This document shows positions 53,206-53,287 of a stretch of DNA of 53,287 nt, in pieces (the first letter of the stretch is position 1; the number at the start of each line of letters is the position of its first letter). The stretch is from Syntrophaceae bacterium UBA4059 (GTDB lineage Bacteria > Desulfobacterota > Syntrophia > Syntrophales > Smithellaceae), in assembly GCA_002382045.1 (NCBI GenBank), contig DFZJ01000125.1, forward strand, positions 1 through 53,287, read 5' to 3'. The notes beneath the pieces are model-generated. The model did not search any database, had not been told where the DNA came from, and saw only the letters and a program-made list of their open reading frames with translations. A program made the translations under genes and the position numbers.

Positions 53206-53287
53206 ATGAATCGTAAAATTGCAAAAAAACTTATTACATGGAAAAATTCTGCTCAGCGAAAGCCGCTGATTTTACGTGGTGCGCGGC
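53206..53287 (+). CDS. 5' end of an AAA+ ATPase gene (DUF4143-type), truncated by the window edge
   Basis: MNRKIAKKLITWKNSAQRKPLILRGAR matches the conserved ..W......RKPL.L.GARQVGKT N-terminus of this family (from memory). Only 27 codons are visible. Confidence 0.4.
   Translation, partial: MNRKIAKKLITWKNSAQRKPLILRGAR

Noticed and set aside
1-53287. CRISPR arrays, intact IS elements, integrases, prophage genes, retron or DGR components
   Set aside because: I found no regularly spaced direct repeats, no full-length transposase, integrase or reverse transcriptase ORF, and no template/variable repeat pair. The only RT-related sequence is the truncated group II intron 3' end.

Overview
53.3-kb chromosomal window. 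Gene content and protein sequences suggest a Deltaproteobacteria/Desulfobacterota-type anaerobe, but this is my impression only and cannot be verified here. Most of it is ordinary housekeeping: pepA, two orphan Opp/Dpp-type ATPases, a cold-shock gene, miaA, a PpiC-type PPIase, panB, and a tilS-ftsH-folP-acpS-tsaE-lysC-comEA string. It also holds gltA, a TolC/adaptor/split-MacB efflux operon, a phosphomannomutase-HAD-Nudix-hydrolase string, two tRNAs and one Phd/ParE toxin-antitoxin pair. I saw no CRISPR array and no intact transposase, integrase or phage gene. Accessory DNA is concentrated downstream of tRNA-Pro(GGG), at about 23.5-29.3 kb. That stretch contains gene fragments, a 3' remnant of a group II intron with a recognisable domain V, a small RHH gene, a PBP-type DD-peptidase and a Prc-type protease. 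Its composition looks different by eye. The signals I consider most worth a second look are non-coding and absent from the ORF track. Three 5' leaders each carry a strong intrinsic terminator just upstream of the first gene (two also show a promoter-like element). (i) 46025-46272: a TTGACT-17-TATACA promoter, an SD-preceded 30-codon ORF with 7 Phe and 2 Tyr in an 11-residue stretch, then a hairpin plus T9. It lies in front of a LIV-type ABC importer operon that has an AMP-forming CoA ligase embedded in it. This looks like a classical attenuator on an uptake/activation operon and is my best candidate for an undescribed regulatory/metabolic system. (ii) A terminator-containing leader sits upstream of the DUF2520-panB operon and may be the pan RNA motif. 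(iii) A terminator-containing leader sits upstream of the ABC-F gene ybiT. All coordinates of non-ORF features were anchored to the supplied ORF track. No numerical composition, folding or database result was computed.
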